A stretch of 64,000 nt of DNA from a virus (Duplodnaviria > Caudoviricetes): IMG/VR virus record IMGVR_UViG_3300020388_000010; one strand, given 5' to 3'. Of this stretch, positions 9,849-19,763 are shown in pieces. Numbering within the stretch: position 1 is the stretch's first letter; each line of letters starts with the position of its first letter. The position numbers and the translations under genes were made by a program. A model generated the notes under the pieces. It did not search any database. It saw only the letters and a program-made list of their open reading frames with translations, and had not been told where the DNA came from.

Positions 9849-10916
9849 ATGAAGATAGCTTTAGTAACCGACACCCATTTCGGTGCTCGGAATGACCACG
9901 ACCATTTCAACACATATTTTTACAAATTCTATGAGGATATATTCTTTCCTTATCTTAAAGAACATAATATAAAAGATTGTATTCATTTAGGTGATGTAAT
10001 GGATAGAAGAAAATTTGTGTCATATAAAACTGCAAAAGATTTCAGAGAACAGTTTTGTGAAAGTTTTGTGACAAATGACATAAATGTGCATATGATAGTG
10101 GGCAATCACGATACATACTTTAAGAATACTAATGAAGTAAATTCACTTGATGAATTGATTGGTAGTCGTTATGAGAACATAAAGATATATTCGGAAGCAG
10201 AAACTGTTGAGTTTGATATACCTATATTTTTTCTGCCTTGGATTAATTCAACAAACTATAATAAAACACTTGAGAAAATGCAAAAGACAAAAGCTACAGT
10301 TGCAATGGGTCACCTTGAAATAAAAGGATTTGAAATGCATCACGGTTTTCCAAGTGAAACTGGTATGGATAAATCAGAGTTTAATAGATTTGATATGGTA
10401 ATGTCTGGACACTTTCATAAAAAATCAGATGATGGACATATATTTTACTTAGGAACACCCTATCAAATATATTGGAATGATGATAAATGTCCAAAAGGAT
10501 TTCATATATTTGATACAGAAACAAGAGAATTAGAAAGAATTGTAAACCCATACAAAATATTTAAAAAAGTTTATTATGATGATTCTAATGGTCAAGACTA
10601 TAATTTCAATCAAATAAAAGATTTAGAGGACAAATATGTCAAACTAATAGTTGTAAATAAAAAAGACTTATATATGTTTGATAAGTTTGTAGACCAAGTT
10701 TTAACAGAATCAAAAGCACACGATGTTAAAATTATAGAGGACTTTTCAGACTTGAAAGCTGAGAATGTAAAAAATGAAATTATAGAAAATGCACAAGATA
10801 CAATAACCTTATTGGATTCTTATGTTGAAGAAATAGATGTGAATAACTTAGATAAAAATAGACTCAAAACAATGTTAAAAGGATTGTATGTTGAGGCTAG
10901 TAATATGGAAATTTAG
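9849..10916 (+). CDS. gp47: Recombination endonuclease subunit (Mre11/SbcD-like)
   Basis: DTHFG, HLGD, GNHD and SGHFH metallophosphoesterase motifs. Confidence 0.96.
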   Translation: MKIALVTDTHFGARNDHDHFNTYFYKFYEDIFFPYLKEHNIKDCIHLGDVMDRRKFVSYKTAKDFREQFCESFVTNDINVHMIVGNHDTYFKNTNEVNSLDELIGSRYENIKIYSEAETVEFDIPIFFLPWINSTNYNKTLEKMQKTKATVAMGHLEIKGFEMHHGFPSETGMDKSEFNRFDMVMSGHFHKKSDDGHIFYLGTPYQIYWNDDKCPKGFHIFDTETRELERIVNPYKIFKKVYYDDSNGQDYNFNQIKDLEDKYVKLIVVNKKDLYMFDKFVDQVLTESKAHDVKIIEDFSDLKAENVKNEIIENAQDTITLLDSYVEEIDVNNLDKNRLKTMLKGLYVEASNMEI

Positions 10917-10925
10917 GAGTAAATA

Positions 10926-11462
10926 ATGGTTGATATAGTTCCGAATGTTGTTTTTAAAACAAGAGTAAAAGATAATGATTGCACGGATTGTCCAAACCCA
11001 TATAAGTGGGAAGATAAATCTACTGATGATTATTTTAGTGGTAAGAAAGTTGTTTTGTTTTCTTTGCCTGGTGCATTTACACCAACTTGTTCAACATATC
11101 AATTACCAGATTTTGAAGCTATGTATTCACAGTTTAAAGAAGAAGGAATAGATGACATTTATTGTATGTCTTGTAATGATGCATTTGTAATGAACAAATG
11201 GGCAGAACAACATAGTTTAGAAAATGTTAAAGTTATACCAGATGGTAATGGAGATTTTACTTCTGGAATGGGTATGTTAGTTAAAAAAGAAAATTTAGGT
11301 TTTGGTGATAGGTCGTGGAGATATGCGGCTATAATAAATGATAAAAACATTGAACATCTTTTTATTGAACCAAACAAAAAAGATAATGCAGATGATGACC
11401 CATATGGTGAAACCTCACCACAAAATATACTTCAGTATATTAAAAGTAATAAAGGAAAGTAA
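10926..11462 (+). CDS. Peroxiredoxin (Prx5/Redoxin family)
   Basis: FSLPGAFTPTCS, NDAFVM and RSWRYA motifs. Confidence 0.93.
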   Translation: MVDIVPNVVFKTRVKDNDCTDCPNPYKWEDKSTDDYFSGKKVVLFSLPGAFTPTCSTYQLPDFEAMYSQFKEEGIDDIYCMSCNDAFVMNKWAEQHSLENVKVIPDGNGDFTSGMGMLVKKENLGFGDRSWRYAAIINDKNIEHLFIEPNKKDNADDDPYGETSPQNILQYIKSNKGK

Positions 11463-11463
11463 A

Positions 11464-12435
11464 ATGAGAAACTTCTTATTTGTATTTACATTATTATTTG
11501 CAACAACTTTGTTTGCACGAGATCAAATTAAAATAGTAGGTAGTTCTACTGTATATCCATTTGCAACAACTGTTGCAGAACGATTTGGTAAGTCTAGTGG
11601 ATTTAAAACACCAGTAGTTGAGTCAACTGGTTCTGGTGGTGGATTAAAACTTTTTTGTGCTGGTATGGGAACACAACACCCAGACATAACAAATGCATCA
11701 AGAAGAATAAAACAAACAGAAATAGATAATTGTAAAAAGAATGGTATCAAAGATATTACAGAAGTTAAAATAGGATATGATGGTATTGCGATTGCAAACT
11801 CAAAAAAAGGTGTTAACTTTCATTTATCAACAAGAGATTTATATCTTGCACTTGCAAAAGATGTACCAGCAGACATTGATGGTAAAACTGTTAAACCTAA
11901 TCCATATAAAAAATGGATAGAAATAAATCCAACATATCCAGACTTACCTATTGCTGTTTATGGCCCACCTCCAACATCTGGTACTAGAGATGCACTTAAT
12001 GAACTTGGTATTGAAAGGGGTTGTAAAACATATCCAGAGAGAAAAAAACTTAAAGAAAAAAATAAAGAATTATATAAATCTGAATGTCGTGCAATAAGAA
12101 CAGATGGTGTATATATAGAAGCTGGTGAGAACGACAATCTAATAATTGAAAAATTAATAACAAACCCAGATTCATTAGGTATATTTGGTTATTCTTTTTT
12201 AGATGAGAATAGAGATAAAGTAAAGGCTGCAACAATTAATGGTGTTAGTCCAGAGTTTGAATTAATTAGTAATGGTACATATCCTATTTCTAGGTCATTA
12301 TGGTTTTATGTAAAAGATGCACACGCAGCTGTAATTCCAGGCATTAGAGAATATACAAAAGAATTTACATCTGATAGAGCAATAGGTGATGACGGATATT
12401 TGATAGGTAAAGGACTCATACCACTTAATGATTAA
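11464..12435 (+). CDS. pstS: Phosphate ABC transporter substrate-binding protein
   Basis: Signal peptide, then RDQIKIVGSSTVYPF, ESTGSGGG, GPPPTSGTRD and YPISRSL. Confidence 0.93.
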   Translation: MRNFLFVFTLLFATTLFARDQIKIVGSSTVYPFATTVAERFGKSSGFKTPVVESTGSGGGLKLFCAGMGTQHPDITNASRRIKQTEIDNCKKNGIKDITEVKIGYDGIAIANSKKGVNFHLSTRDLYLALAKDVPADIDGKTVKPNPYKKWIEINPTYPDLPIAVYGPPPTSGTRDALNELGIERGCKTYPERKKLKEKNKELYKSECRAIRTDGVYIEAGENDNLIIEKLITNPDSLGIFGYSFLDENRDKVKAATINGVSPEFELISNGTYPISRSLWFYVKDAHAAVIPGIREYTKEFTSDRAIGDDGYLIGKGLIPLND

Positions 12436-12925
12436 ATTTAGTGAAATAAAAGATATACACCCAGAGGGTTCTATTTGGTTAGGTGAAAATCGTAATAAAA
12501 ATGATAAAACTCTTTTGCATAATCAAGCATTATCTTTTCACGAGAATTTTCTTGATGTTGCAAAAGATGTTTTTACAGAAGACAAAAGATTTGCAGATGT
12601 AACCGAACACGATTGGATGCAACCACTATTTGATAAACTAATGAAATTATTAGAAGATGTTGGATTTGGTAAATATTATGTTGTACAAGCAGATTTAAAC
12701 AAGGCTACAGATGTTCCATCACATTATCGTATGTTATATATACCTTGTTGTTCTCCAGATTGTATTGACTTAGATATTCAAACTGGTGAAAAAGGTATTT
12801 TTAAACTACCACTCAAAGAGGGAAGTTTTATAGTAATGCCTCCCAATTCTGGTATTAGAATTATTGCACCACCAGGCAAAATGTTTTTATCTTTGATTAT
12901 GGGTATTTGTAAAGATGAGGATTGA
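12428..12925 (+). CDS. Hypothetical protein (possible degenerate double-stranded beta-helix fold)
   Basis: Coupled ORF; C-terminal LKEGSFIVMPP resembles oxygenase strands but the HxD/H ligands are missing. Confidence 0.45.
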   Translation: MIKFSEIKDIHPEGSIWLGENRNKNDKTLLHNQALSFHENFLDVAKDVFTEDKRFADVTEHDWMQPLFDKLMKLLEDVGFGKYYVVQADLNKATDVPSHYRMLYIPCCSPDCIDLDIQTGEKGIFKLPLKEGSFIVMPPNSGIRIIAPPGKMFLSLIMGICKDED

Positions 12926-13544
12926 CAGCATACCATTGTTCCCAACAATGATTTACAAATTTCATATTGACCCAAACTTATATAATAAACAAAGTATAAT
13001 TGATATTGTAGAAAAGAATTACCAAAAAAATAGTTATAGAAATAAGTTTGATAGTAATAGTGACATACATCATTCATATGCTGATTTTGACAATGATGAT
13101 TACGATAAACCAGTTTTAGATAAACTAACAGATGTTTACAATAATACATTTACTGAATTTACTAAACAACTAAAATTTAAAAGGTTTGAATATAGTTTAG
13201 ATAATATTGTTGCAACTAAAGGTTCTCAATATATGGCTCCACATAATCATTTACCAGTTGCAGACTATTCTTGTATTCATTATATAAAGTTTAATAAAGA
13301 TGTTCATAAACCAACCACATTTAGAAATCCTAGTATGTTTGCTAAAAGTTTACATCATATTAAACCTAAATTTAAACCTAGAATAAATGAAGTAGACTTT
13401 TCAATATTTTCTGAAAAACATTTTGTTTTGACAACAGAAGATGATATGATAATTATACCATCTTACTTAGAACACCAAGTAGATAAATCATATAATGACG
13501 AAATGAGAATAACTATCGTTACAAATTTAATAGTAAATGACTAA
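12915..13544 (+). CDS. Putative 2OG-Fe(II) oxygenase
   Basis: PHNH...YSCIHY...IIPSYLEHQV...RITIVTN. Confidence 0.8.
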   Translation: MRIDSIPLFPTMIYKFHIDPNLYNKQSIIDIVEKNYQKNSYRNKFDSNSDIHHSYADFDNDDYDKPVLDKLTDVYNNTFTEFTKQLKFKRFEYSLDNIVATKGSQYMAPHNHLPVADYSCIHYIKFNKDVHKPTTFRNPSMFAKSLHHIKPKFKPRINEVDFSIFSEKHFVLTTEDDMIIIPSYLEHQVDKSYNDEMRITIVTNLIVND

Positions 13545-14058
13545 AATGATTATAACAAAAAATGATATATTATCAGAGGAAGATAGGCTTCTTATAGTAA
13601 AAGATATACAGTATGAGTTAAAACATAACCCTACTCCAAATAAAATGAAACCTTTATATCAAACAAAGGTTGACATACACAGAAAATATGTTAAAATACA
13701 TAAACATTGGGATAATTTTTTCAAATCAATATATGATATGTTTATTTTAAACAAGATAGGATTTGGTGCTTTCACAATGTGTTGGGGTATGAAACAATCT
13801 AAAGAAACAATAAATATGTATCACACACACCAGAAAGCAGACACTAACGAAAGTCCAGATTTAAGTATCATATATTATGCACAAAATAAATATCCTAAGT
13901 ATGGAACTTATATAGGTATTGGAGATATGAAAGAGGGAGTACAAAATTCACTTGTAGTTTTTGATGCAAGTATTCCACATAGAGCTCCAGATTTACCTAA
14001 AGAAGTTTTAGAAGAAGAAGACAGAATAATAATCGCAATGGATTACATATATGACTAA
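13537..14058 (+). CDS. Putative 2OG-Fe(II) oxygenase
   Basis: YHTH...SIIYY...VVFDASIPHRAP...RIIIAMD. Confidence 0.7.
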   Translation: MTKMIITKNDILSEEDRLLIVKDIQYELKHNPTPNKMKPLYQTKVDIHRKYVKIHKHWDNFFKSIYDMFILNKIGFGAFTMCWGMKQSKETINMYHTHQKADTNESPDLSIIYYAQNKYPKYGTYIGIGDMKEGVQNSLVVFDASIPHRAPDLPKEVLEEEDRIIIAMDYIYD

Positions 14059-14290
14059 AAAATACATACACATAAATCAACACAAGATTCGTGCAAATAA
14101 AAAACACGGAACAAATGAAGCAGTAATTACTATTAAAGAAGGTCGTAAAAATACTTATTGTCATAGTGTTGAAATACTAGGCCCATCTAAATTATTTTAT
14201 GGTGGTAATGATAAACCAATTCTACCTTGTGGTGCAAGAGTTGTTATTGAAACAGAAAGTGATTTAAAGATTGATAATAAAGACTATTGA
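14051..14290 (+). CDS. Conserved phage hypothetical protein
   Basis: IHINQHKIRANKK...LPCGARVVIET motif. Confidence 0.65.
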   Translation: MTKKYIHINQHKIRANKKHGTNEAVITIKEGRKNTYCHSVEILGPSKLFYGGNDKPILPCGARVVIETESDLKIDNKDY

Positions 14291-15065
14291 TTGGAAAGTT
14301 GCAACTCTTTTCGTTCAAAAAAGACACTATAGTGCAGTTATGCCTAGACTAACTAAACATTGGTTAGGTTGTTATCAAAATGAAAAGTTAGTTGGGGTAA
14401 TAACTTTAGGTTGGGGAACTAGACCTAAACATACCATACAAAAAATATTTCCAGAATTAGATACAAAAGATTATTATGAAATAGGAAAAATGTGTATGGA
14501 TGAAGATATGCCTCGTAATTCTGAATCTCAAATGTTATCAAAAACATTAAGTTATATACGAGAAAATTTATCCAATATAAAATATCTTTATACTTGGGCA
14601 GATGGTATTGTTGGTAAGCCTGGATATGTTTATCAATCTGCAAATTTTTTATATGGTGGATTTGTTTGGACAGATGTTTATATTTTAGATGGAGAAAAGG
14701 TACACCCAAGAACATTACAAGGACAATTACCAAATGATGATGGAATGAAGTATGGACACAGACCCAATTCCGAACAACTAAAAGAAATGAAAATTACTAG
14801 AGTTTTTGGTAAACAGTTTCGTTACATATATCCTATGAATAAAACATATAGAAAGTATCTTAAAAAATCTACTATGAATTGGAATTTAGACTATCCAAAA
14901 GATAAAGACTTGGAATGGAAAGTTAAAAAACCAGAGGACGAGAAATATACTTTGACAAAGGTAATGCCGTTCAAACAAGATAGTGGTAAAGTAAAACATA
15001 ACTCTACTAATGTAAATAAAGTTGCAGATAAGTATGGAACAGCAAGTTTGGAGGAATTCATTTGA
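14271..15065 (+). CDS. Mom-like (GNAT-fold) DNA base-modification enzyme
   Basis: RHYS, LVGVITLG, EIGKMC, PRNSES and TWAD...GYVYQSANFLYGG follow the Mu Mom family pattern. Confidence 0.75.
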   Translation: MIIKTIDWKVATLFVQKRHYSAVMPRLTKHWLGCYQNEKLVGVITLGWGTRPKHTIQKIFPELDTKDYYEIGKMCMDEDMPRNSESQMLSKTLSYIRENLSNIKYLYTWADGIVGKPGYVYQSANFLYGGFVWTDVYILDGEKVHPRTLQGQLPNDDGMKYGHRPNSEQLKEMKITRVFGKQFRYIYPMNKTYRKYLKKSTMNWNLDYPKDKDLEWKVKKPEDEKYTLTKVMPFKQDSGKVKHNSTNVNKVADKYGTASLEEFI

Positions 15066-16768
15066 TAATATTTAAGAAAGTTAGATGGAAAAATTTATTA
15101 TCTACTGGTAATTATTTTTTAGAAGTTGAATTAGATAGAAGCCCTACAACACTCATAGTCGGAGAAAATGGTTCTGGTAAATCAACAGTTCTTGATGCAC
15201 TATGTTTTGTACTATTCAATAAACCATTTAGAACTGTGAGTAAGTCACAACTAATTAACTCTATCAATTTAGGGGGAACTATTGTTGAGATAGAATTTGT
15301 AATACAAAAAAATAATTTTAAAATTATTCGTGGTATGAAACCAAATATATTTGAAATATATTGTAATGGTCGTATGATGAATCAAGATGCAAATGCATTA
15401 GATACACAAAAGATATTAGAACAACAAATCCTTAAATTAAATTATCGTTCATTTACTCAAGTTGTAATCTTAGGCTCATCTACATTTGTTCCTTTTATGC
15501 AATTAAGAAGTAAAGATAGAAGAGAAGTAGTAGAGGATATATTAGACATTAAGATATTCTCATTAATGAATTTCTTATTAAAACATAAAGTAAAAGAAGT
15601 TTCAGAAGAACTAAAGTCAATAGAATATGAATTTAGATTATCAAAAGAAAAGATTGATTTACAAAACAAATATATTGAAGATATAAAAAGAAACAAAGAA
15701 AAAATTATAGAAGAAAAGGAACATTTGATATTTGATAGTGAAAAGGTTGTGTTATCAGAACAAGAAAAAGCAGATGTTTTAAATGAAGAAGTTAAAAAAC
15801 TACAACCAGAGGTTTTACAAAAAGATATTGTTAAAGGTAGTATTCGTGAATATCATAAGATGGAAGCTAAACTTTCTAATAGAATAGATGAAAACAAAAG
15901 ACAAAAAGAATTCTTTGAAAATAACGAATCTTGTCCACTTTGTACTCAAGATATAGAATTAGATTTAAAGAAACAAAAGATAGAAGAAAAATCAAAAAGA
16001 ATACAAGAACTTAATAGTGGTATAGACAAACTTAAAATAGAACTAAATGATAAAGAACAACTTCTTAAAGGTATAGAGATGTTGTCAAAACAAATTAGAG
16101 AGAAAGAAGTTGAGGTTGCAAAGATATGTACTTCTATAACACATATGCAAAAATTAATTACACAAACATCACAACAGATTAATGTTATGAAAAAGGGTGA
16201 AGTATCTGAAGAAGATAAAGTTAAACTTACAAGACTATCAGAAAGATGTAAATTACAAGAGGAACAGATAACTAAACTAAGAGAAGATAAGTTTTATGTA
16301 GATGTTGCAAGAAATTTATTAATGGACACTGGTATCAAAACAAAGATAATAAACAAGTATTTACCGATTATGAATAAATTAATCAATGGGTACTTGACAA
16401 GTATGGATTTTTATGTTAACTTTAAACTGGACAATAATTTTAATGAAACTATTAAGTCCAGACACAGAGATGAATTTAGTTATTCTTCTTTTAGTGAGGG
16501 TGAAAAAATGAGGATTGACCTTGCACTTCTCTTTACTTGGAGAGCTGTTGCAAAGATGAAAAACTCAACCAACACTAATTTATTAATACTAGATGAAATC
16601 TTTGATAGTAGTTTAGATACTACTGGTACTGATGATTTCTTAAAAATATTGCACACTTTTGCTGACCAAAATGTATTTGTCATAAGTCATAAGGGAGATA
16701 CAATGTTTGATAAGTTTAGAAGTGTGATAAAGTTTGAAAAACAAAGAAACTTTAGTAAATTATTATGA
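15062..16768 (+). CDS. gp46: Recombination endonuclease ATPase subunit (Rad50/SbcC-like)
   Basis: GENGSGKS, CPLC hook, FSEGEKMRIDL signature, LILDE. Confidence 0.97.
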   Translation: MIIFKKVRWKNLLSTGNYFLEVELDRSPTTLIVGENGSGKSTVLDALCFVLFNKPFRTVSKSQLINSINLGGTIVEIEFVIQKNNFKIIRGMKPNIFEIYCNGRMMNQDANALDTQKILEQQILKLNYRSFTQVVILGSSTFVPFMQLRSKDRREVVEDILDIKIFSLMNFLLKHKVKEVSEELKSIEYEFRLSKEKIDLQNKYIEDIKRNKEKIIEEKEHLIFDSEKVVLSEQEKADVLNEEVKKLQPEVLQKDIVKGSIREYHKMEAKLSNRIDENKRQKEFFENNESCPLCTQDIELDLKKQKIEEKSKRIQELNSGIDKLKIELNDKEQLLKGIEMLSKQIREKEVEVAKICTSITHMQKLITQTSQQINVMKKGEVSEEDKVKLTRLSERCKLQEEQITKLREDKFYVDVARNLLMDTGIKTKIINKYLPIMNKLINGYLTSMDFYVNFKLDNNFNETIKSRHRDEFSYSSFSEGEKMRIDLALLFTWRAVAKMKNSTNTNLLILDEIFDSSLDTTGTDDFLKILHTFADQNVFVISHKGDTMFDKFRSVIKFEKQRNFSKLL

Positions 16769-17217
16769 TTAAAAAGATTAGTGTATTGTGTTTATTACCA
16801 TCATTTGTTTTCGCAACAAATCCTTGTGAATATGATAATCAAACTACATCCACAATGCAAGGTACAGTAGAATCAGTAATCGTAAAAGATAAAACAGTAA
16901 CAGAGTATTTTAGAGAAACAAAGAAATGTAAAGTAATAATTAAAGCAAAAGTACAAGGTAAATGGTATATCACTTCAGAAGATTATATATTCACACCAGA
17001 TATGTCAGAAAACGAAGCTTGCCAAAATGCAGTTAATCGTGCAAAAGAAAGATTATTACAAGAGTTTGTTCCAGAAACATTAGAATCAACAAAAAATTTA
17101 AATTGTCAAGTAAAGGCCTTGACAAAACCAAGAATTGAGTGTACAGTAGAAACACTTAATGTTGTAATGCCAGGGTTGGGATTACAAGAAGTTAAACTTA
17201 AACAATGTAATAGGTGA
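16765..17217 (+). CDS. Secreted Cys-containing hypothetical protein
   Basis: Signal peptide ending VFA; six Cys in the mature part. Confidence 0.6.
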   Translation: MIKKISVLCLLPSFVFATNPCEYDNQTTSTMQGTVESVIVKDKTVTEYFRETKKCKVIIKAKVQGKWYITSEDYIFTPDMSENEACQNAVNRAKERLLQEFVPETLESTKNLNCQVKALTKPRIECTVETLNVVMPGLGLQEVKLKQCNR

Positions 17218-17220
17218 TAT

Positions 17221-17415
17221 ATGAATAAAAGAAAAGGCATTTTAACCAATGTTTTAATTTTATGTGGAGTTTTTGCTCTACTTATATTTACACAGTCTTG
17301 TGGTACTGTTTCTGGATTCGGCCAAGATATAAAAGATGTATCTGGTTGGGGAAAAGAGAAACTACAAAATTCTGATGAAGAGGAGGTGATTAATTATGAA
17401 GAAGAAGTTATTTAG
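17221..17415 (+). CDS. Entericidin EcnA/B-like lipoprotein
   Basis: Hydrophobic signal, then SC-GTVSGFGQDIK. Confidence 0.7.
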   Translation: MNKRKGILTNVLILCGVFALLIFTQSCGTVSGFGQDIKDVSGWGKEKLQNSDEEEVINYEEEVI

Positions 17416-18103
17416 CATCTTGCCTCTCATCGCACTAGGTTCTTGTGCAACAAAAGTAGATGTTGACCCTTTGGTTGAAACACCAGAGATTCAACAACAA
17501 ATACAGAAAGTTGAAAGTACATCTAGTGTTATACCAAATTGGTTCAAAGAACTTCCAGAAGATGAAAAAATGATTTACTCATCTGGAACTGCAATCGCAC
17601 CAGATTTACAATTATCTGTTGATATTGCAACTATGAACGCTAAAACAGTTCTTGCAGATAGAATAAATGGTAAACTTAATAGTATGACCAAACAATTTAT
17701 TGCAAAAACTGGTACTACGGATTTAGATTCTCAAGTATTAAATGAATTAGAAAGAGTATCTAAAAATGTAATTGCATCAGTAGATGTTGCTGGTTATAAA
17801 ATTAAAGATATGGAAGTATATCCTGCTGGAACTCAATATCGTTCATTTGTATTATTAGAATATTCTGATGAAGAAGCTATAAAAATACTTATGAATAGAA
17901 TGAGAAAAGACAGAGCTGTATATGCAAAACTTCGTTCTAATAATGCATTTAAAGAATTAGAAAGAAGTGTTGACAAATCTTTAAACCAAGACGAAGTACA
18001 ATCTTTATCTAATATAGAAAAAGAATTGGATGACTTGGGTGATAATAATAGACACATCAGAACAGTTCCCTCATATGGGCCTGATAAATGGATGACAGAG
18101 TAA
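17396..18103 (+). CDS. Lipoprotein (LPP20-like)
   Basis: Lipobox LGSC; IPNWF...SSGTA...A...AKTVLA pattern. Confidence 0.65.
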   Translation: MKKKLFSILPLIALGSCATKVDVDPLVETPEIQQQIQKVESTSSVIPNWFKELPEDEKMIYSSGTAIAPDLQLSVDIATMNAKTVLADRINGKLNSMTKQFIAKTGTTDLDSQVLNELERVSKNVIASVDVAGYKIKDMEVYPAGTQYRSFVLLEYSDEEAIKILMNRMRKDRAVYAKLRSNNAFKELERSVDKSLNQDEVQSLSNIEKELDDLGDNNRHIRTVPSYGPDKWMTE

Positions 18104-18423
18104 TGAGATTATTTATTGTCTTAATTTTTCTGTTTGCATCAACAACTGCATTTAGTCAACCTAAAAAGGGATTATTTGAAGGTGTTGGTGCATTTCTAGG
18201 TGTAGTGGGTGCAAAACAGTTAAATGTTTCTGACCCATATGCACTTGCGGCTAGTGGACTACTAGGATTATTCATTGGTGGTCAAGTCGGTCAACATATT
18301 GACCGAACTGAAGAAATACACGATATAGAAAGTAAAAGATGTAAAAAGTTTATTACTGGAACTAATCGTGTAGGAATGGCTTGCAGAGAGTTTGGACAAT
18401 GGGTAGTCGTACATATGGAGTAA
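18103..18423 (+). CDS. Glycine-zipper membrane protein (17 kDa surface antigen-like)
   Basis: Signal peptide, GVGAFLGVVGA and GLLGLFIGGQVGQHID zippers, two C-terminal Cys. Confidence 0.65.
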   Translation: MRLFIVLIFLFASTTAFSQPKKGLFEGVGAFLGVVGAKQLNVSDPYALAASGLLGLFIGGQVGQHIDRTEEIHDIESKRCKKFITGTNRVGMACREFGQWVVVHME

Positions 18424-18427
18424 AAAT

Positions 18428-18481
18428 ATGTGGATTGCAATAGGTATTGTAGGGTATTTACTATTACCTTATATAGTATAA
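18428..18481 (+). CDS. Putative 17-aa hydrophobic peptide
   Basis: MWIAIGIVGYLLLPYIV; GGAG 7 nt upstream. Confidence 0.35.
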   Translation: MWIAIGIVGYLLLPYIV

Positions 18482-18482
18482 G

Positions 18483-18513
18483 AAAAAGGGAACTTCGTGT
18501 TCCCTTTTTTTTT
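18483..18513. terminator. Bidirectional intrinsic terminator
   Basis: AAAAAGGGAAC-TTCGT-GTTCCCTTTTTTTTT. Confidence 0.85.
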
Positions 18514-18580
18514 AGTTGATTCCCATTCCTATACTCATTAATATTGTGAATACTGACATTGTAATCGTAAATAAATTCAT
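18512..18580 (-). CDS. Putative 22-aa hydrophobic peptide (minus strand)
   Basis: MNLFTITMSVFTILMSIGMGIN; AGGGGA RBS upstream; stop abuts the terminator. Confidence 0.45.
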   Translation of the reverse strand: MNLFTITMSVFTILMSIGMGIN

Positions 18581-18680
18581 TTGAATCCCCTATGGCTTGG
18601 TCTATATCTTTATATAGTATTCTGTATAAAAAATATAAAGTATATTCACAAATAAAATATCAAAAAAATACAAAAAGGGG

Positions 18681-18708
18681 TTGACATTGTTTCAAAAACA
18701 AGTATAAT
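18681..18708 (+). promoter_or_regulatory. Early promoter with TTGTT-N5-AACAA spacer
   Basis: TTGACA-TTGTTTCAAAAACAAG-TATAAT with an A-rich upstream element. Confidence 0.85.
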
Positions 18709-18757
18709 ATAGTTATGATAACAAATAACATAATAACAATTAAAAAAGGAGTATATT

Positions 18758-19711
18758 ATGGTTGCAGCTGTTGAGACAATGGCATATGCTGGAGAAGTGC
18801 CTTGGCACGGATTAGGAACAAAAGTTCCACACGATTTATCAACTGACGAGATGTTAAAACAATCTGGTTTAGATTGGTATGTACAAAAACTACCTACTTA
18901 TGTAGATAACCCATCTGGACAACAAAAGACTGGTTCATTTGCATTAGTTAGAAGTTCTGATAACAAAGTTCTTGCACCAAGTGTAGGACAAAACTGGAAT
19001 CCAGTTCAAAACAAAGAAGCATTTGATTTCTTTTCTGAGTATGTTGAAGCTGGTGATTTAGAGATGCATACTGCTGGTTCTTTAATGGACGGTAAAATGG
19101 TATGGGCTCTTGCAAAAGTTAAACAAAGTTTTGAATTATTCAAAGGTGATGAGGTAGAAAACTATATGTTGTTTTCAAATCCACATCAGTTTGGTAAGTC
19201 TATTGATATTAGAATGACACCTATTAGGGTTGTTTGTAATAACACTTTAACTTTATCTTTGAGTACCGATAGTGATTCTATGGTGAAAGTAAATCATAGA
19301 AGAGAGTTTAATCCAGAAATGGTTAAAGAACAACTTGGTATTGCAAAAGAAAAAATGGATAATTACAAGACTATGGCAGAGTTTCTTGGTAGTAAAAGAT
19401 ATACTACTGAAAGACTTGTTGAGTATCTTAACACAGTATATCCATCTAATATCAAAGATGATGATATTAAAAACCCATCTGTTCCGACAACAGTTAATGG
19501 TAGGAAAGCATTTGAAGTTATTGAAACTCAGCCTGGTAATCAGTATGCAAAAGGTACTTGGTGGCAGGCGTTTAATGCAGTAACTTTTAATACTGACCAC
19601 CAACAAGGTTCTACTACTGACGGAAGACTTACTTCTGCTTGGTATGGTAGGAACAGAAGAGTTAAGTTAAAAGCACTTGATACTGCATTAAAAATGGCAG
19701 AAGTTGCTTAG
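18758..19711 (+). CDS. DUF932/DUF945 phage-plasmid family protein
   Basis: VETMAYAGEVPWHGLG, TPIRVVCNNTL and GTWWQAFNAVT motifs. Confidence 0.88.
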   Translation: MVAAVETMAYAGEVPWHGLGTKVPHDLSTDEMLKQSGLDWYVQKLPTYVDNPSGQQKTGSFALVRSSDNKVLAPSVGQNWNPVQNKEAFDFFSEYVEAGDLEMHTAGSLMDGKMVWALAKVKQSFELFKGDEVENYMLFSNPHQFGKSIDIRMTPIRVVCNNTLTLSLSTDSDSMVKVNHRREFNPEMVKEQLGIAKEKMDNYKTMAEFLGSKRYTTERLVEYLNTVYPSNIKDDDIKNPSVPTTVNGRKAFEVIETQPGNQYAKGTWWQAFNAVTFNTDHQQGSTTDGRLTSAWYGRNRRVKLKALDTALKMAEVA

Positions 19712-19751
19712 GGACTTGACAAATTATTGACTCTATGGTAGTGTAATAATA

Positions 19752-19759
19752 TATAAATA
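19752..19759 (+). promoter_or_regulatory. Late promoter TATAAATA upstream of hsp20 leader
   Basis: Exact consensus. Confidence 0.7.
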
Positions 19760-19763
19760 TAGA

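Noticed and set aside
11400-11463. Pho box upstream of pstS
   Set aside because: No intergenic space and no convincing tandem CTGTCAT-like repeats seen.
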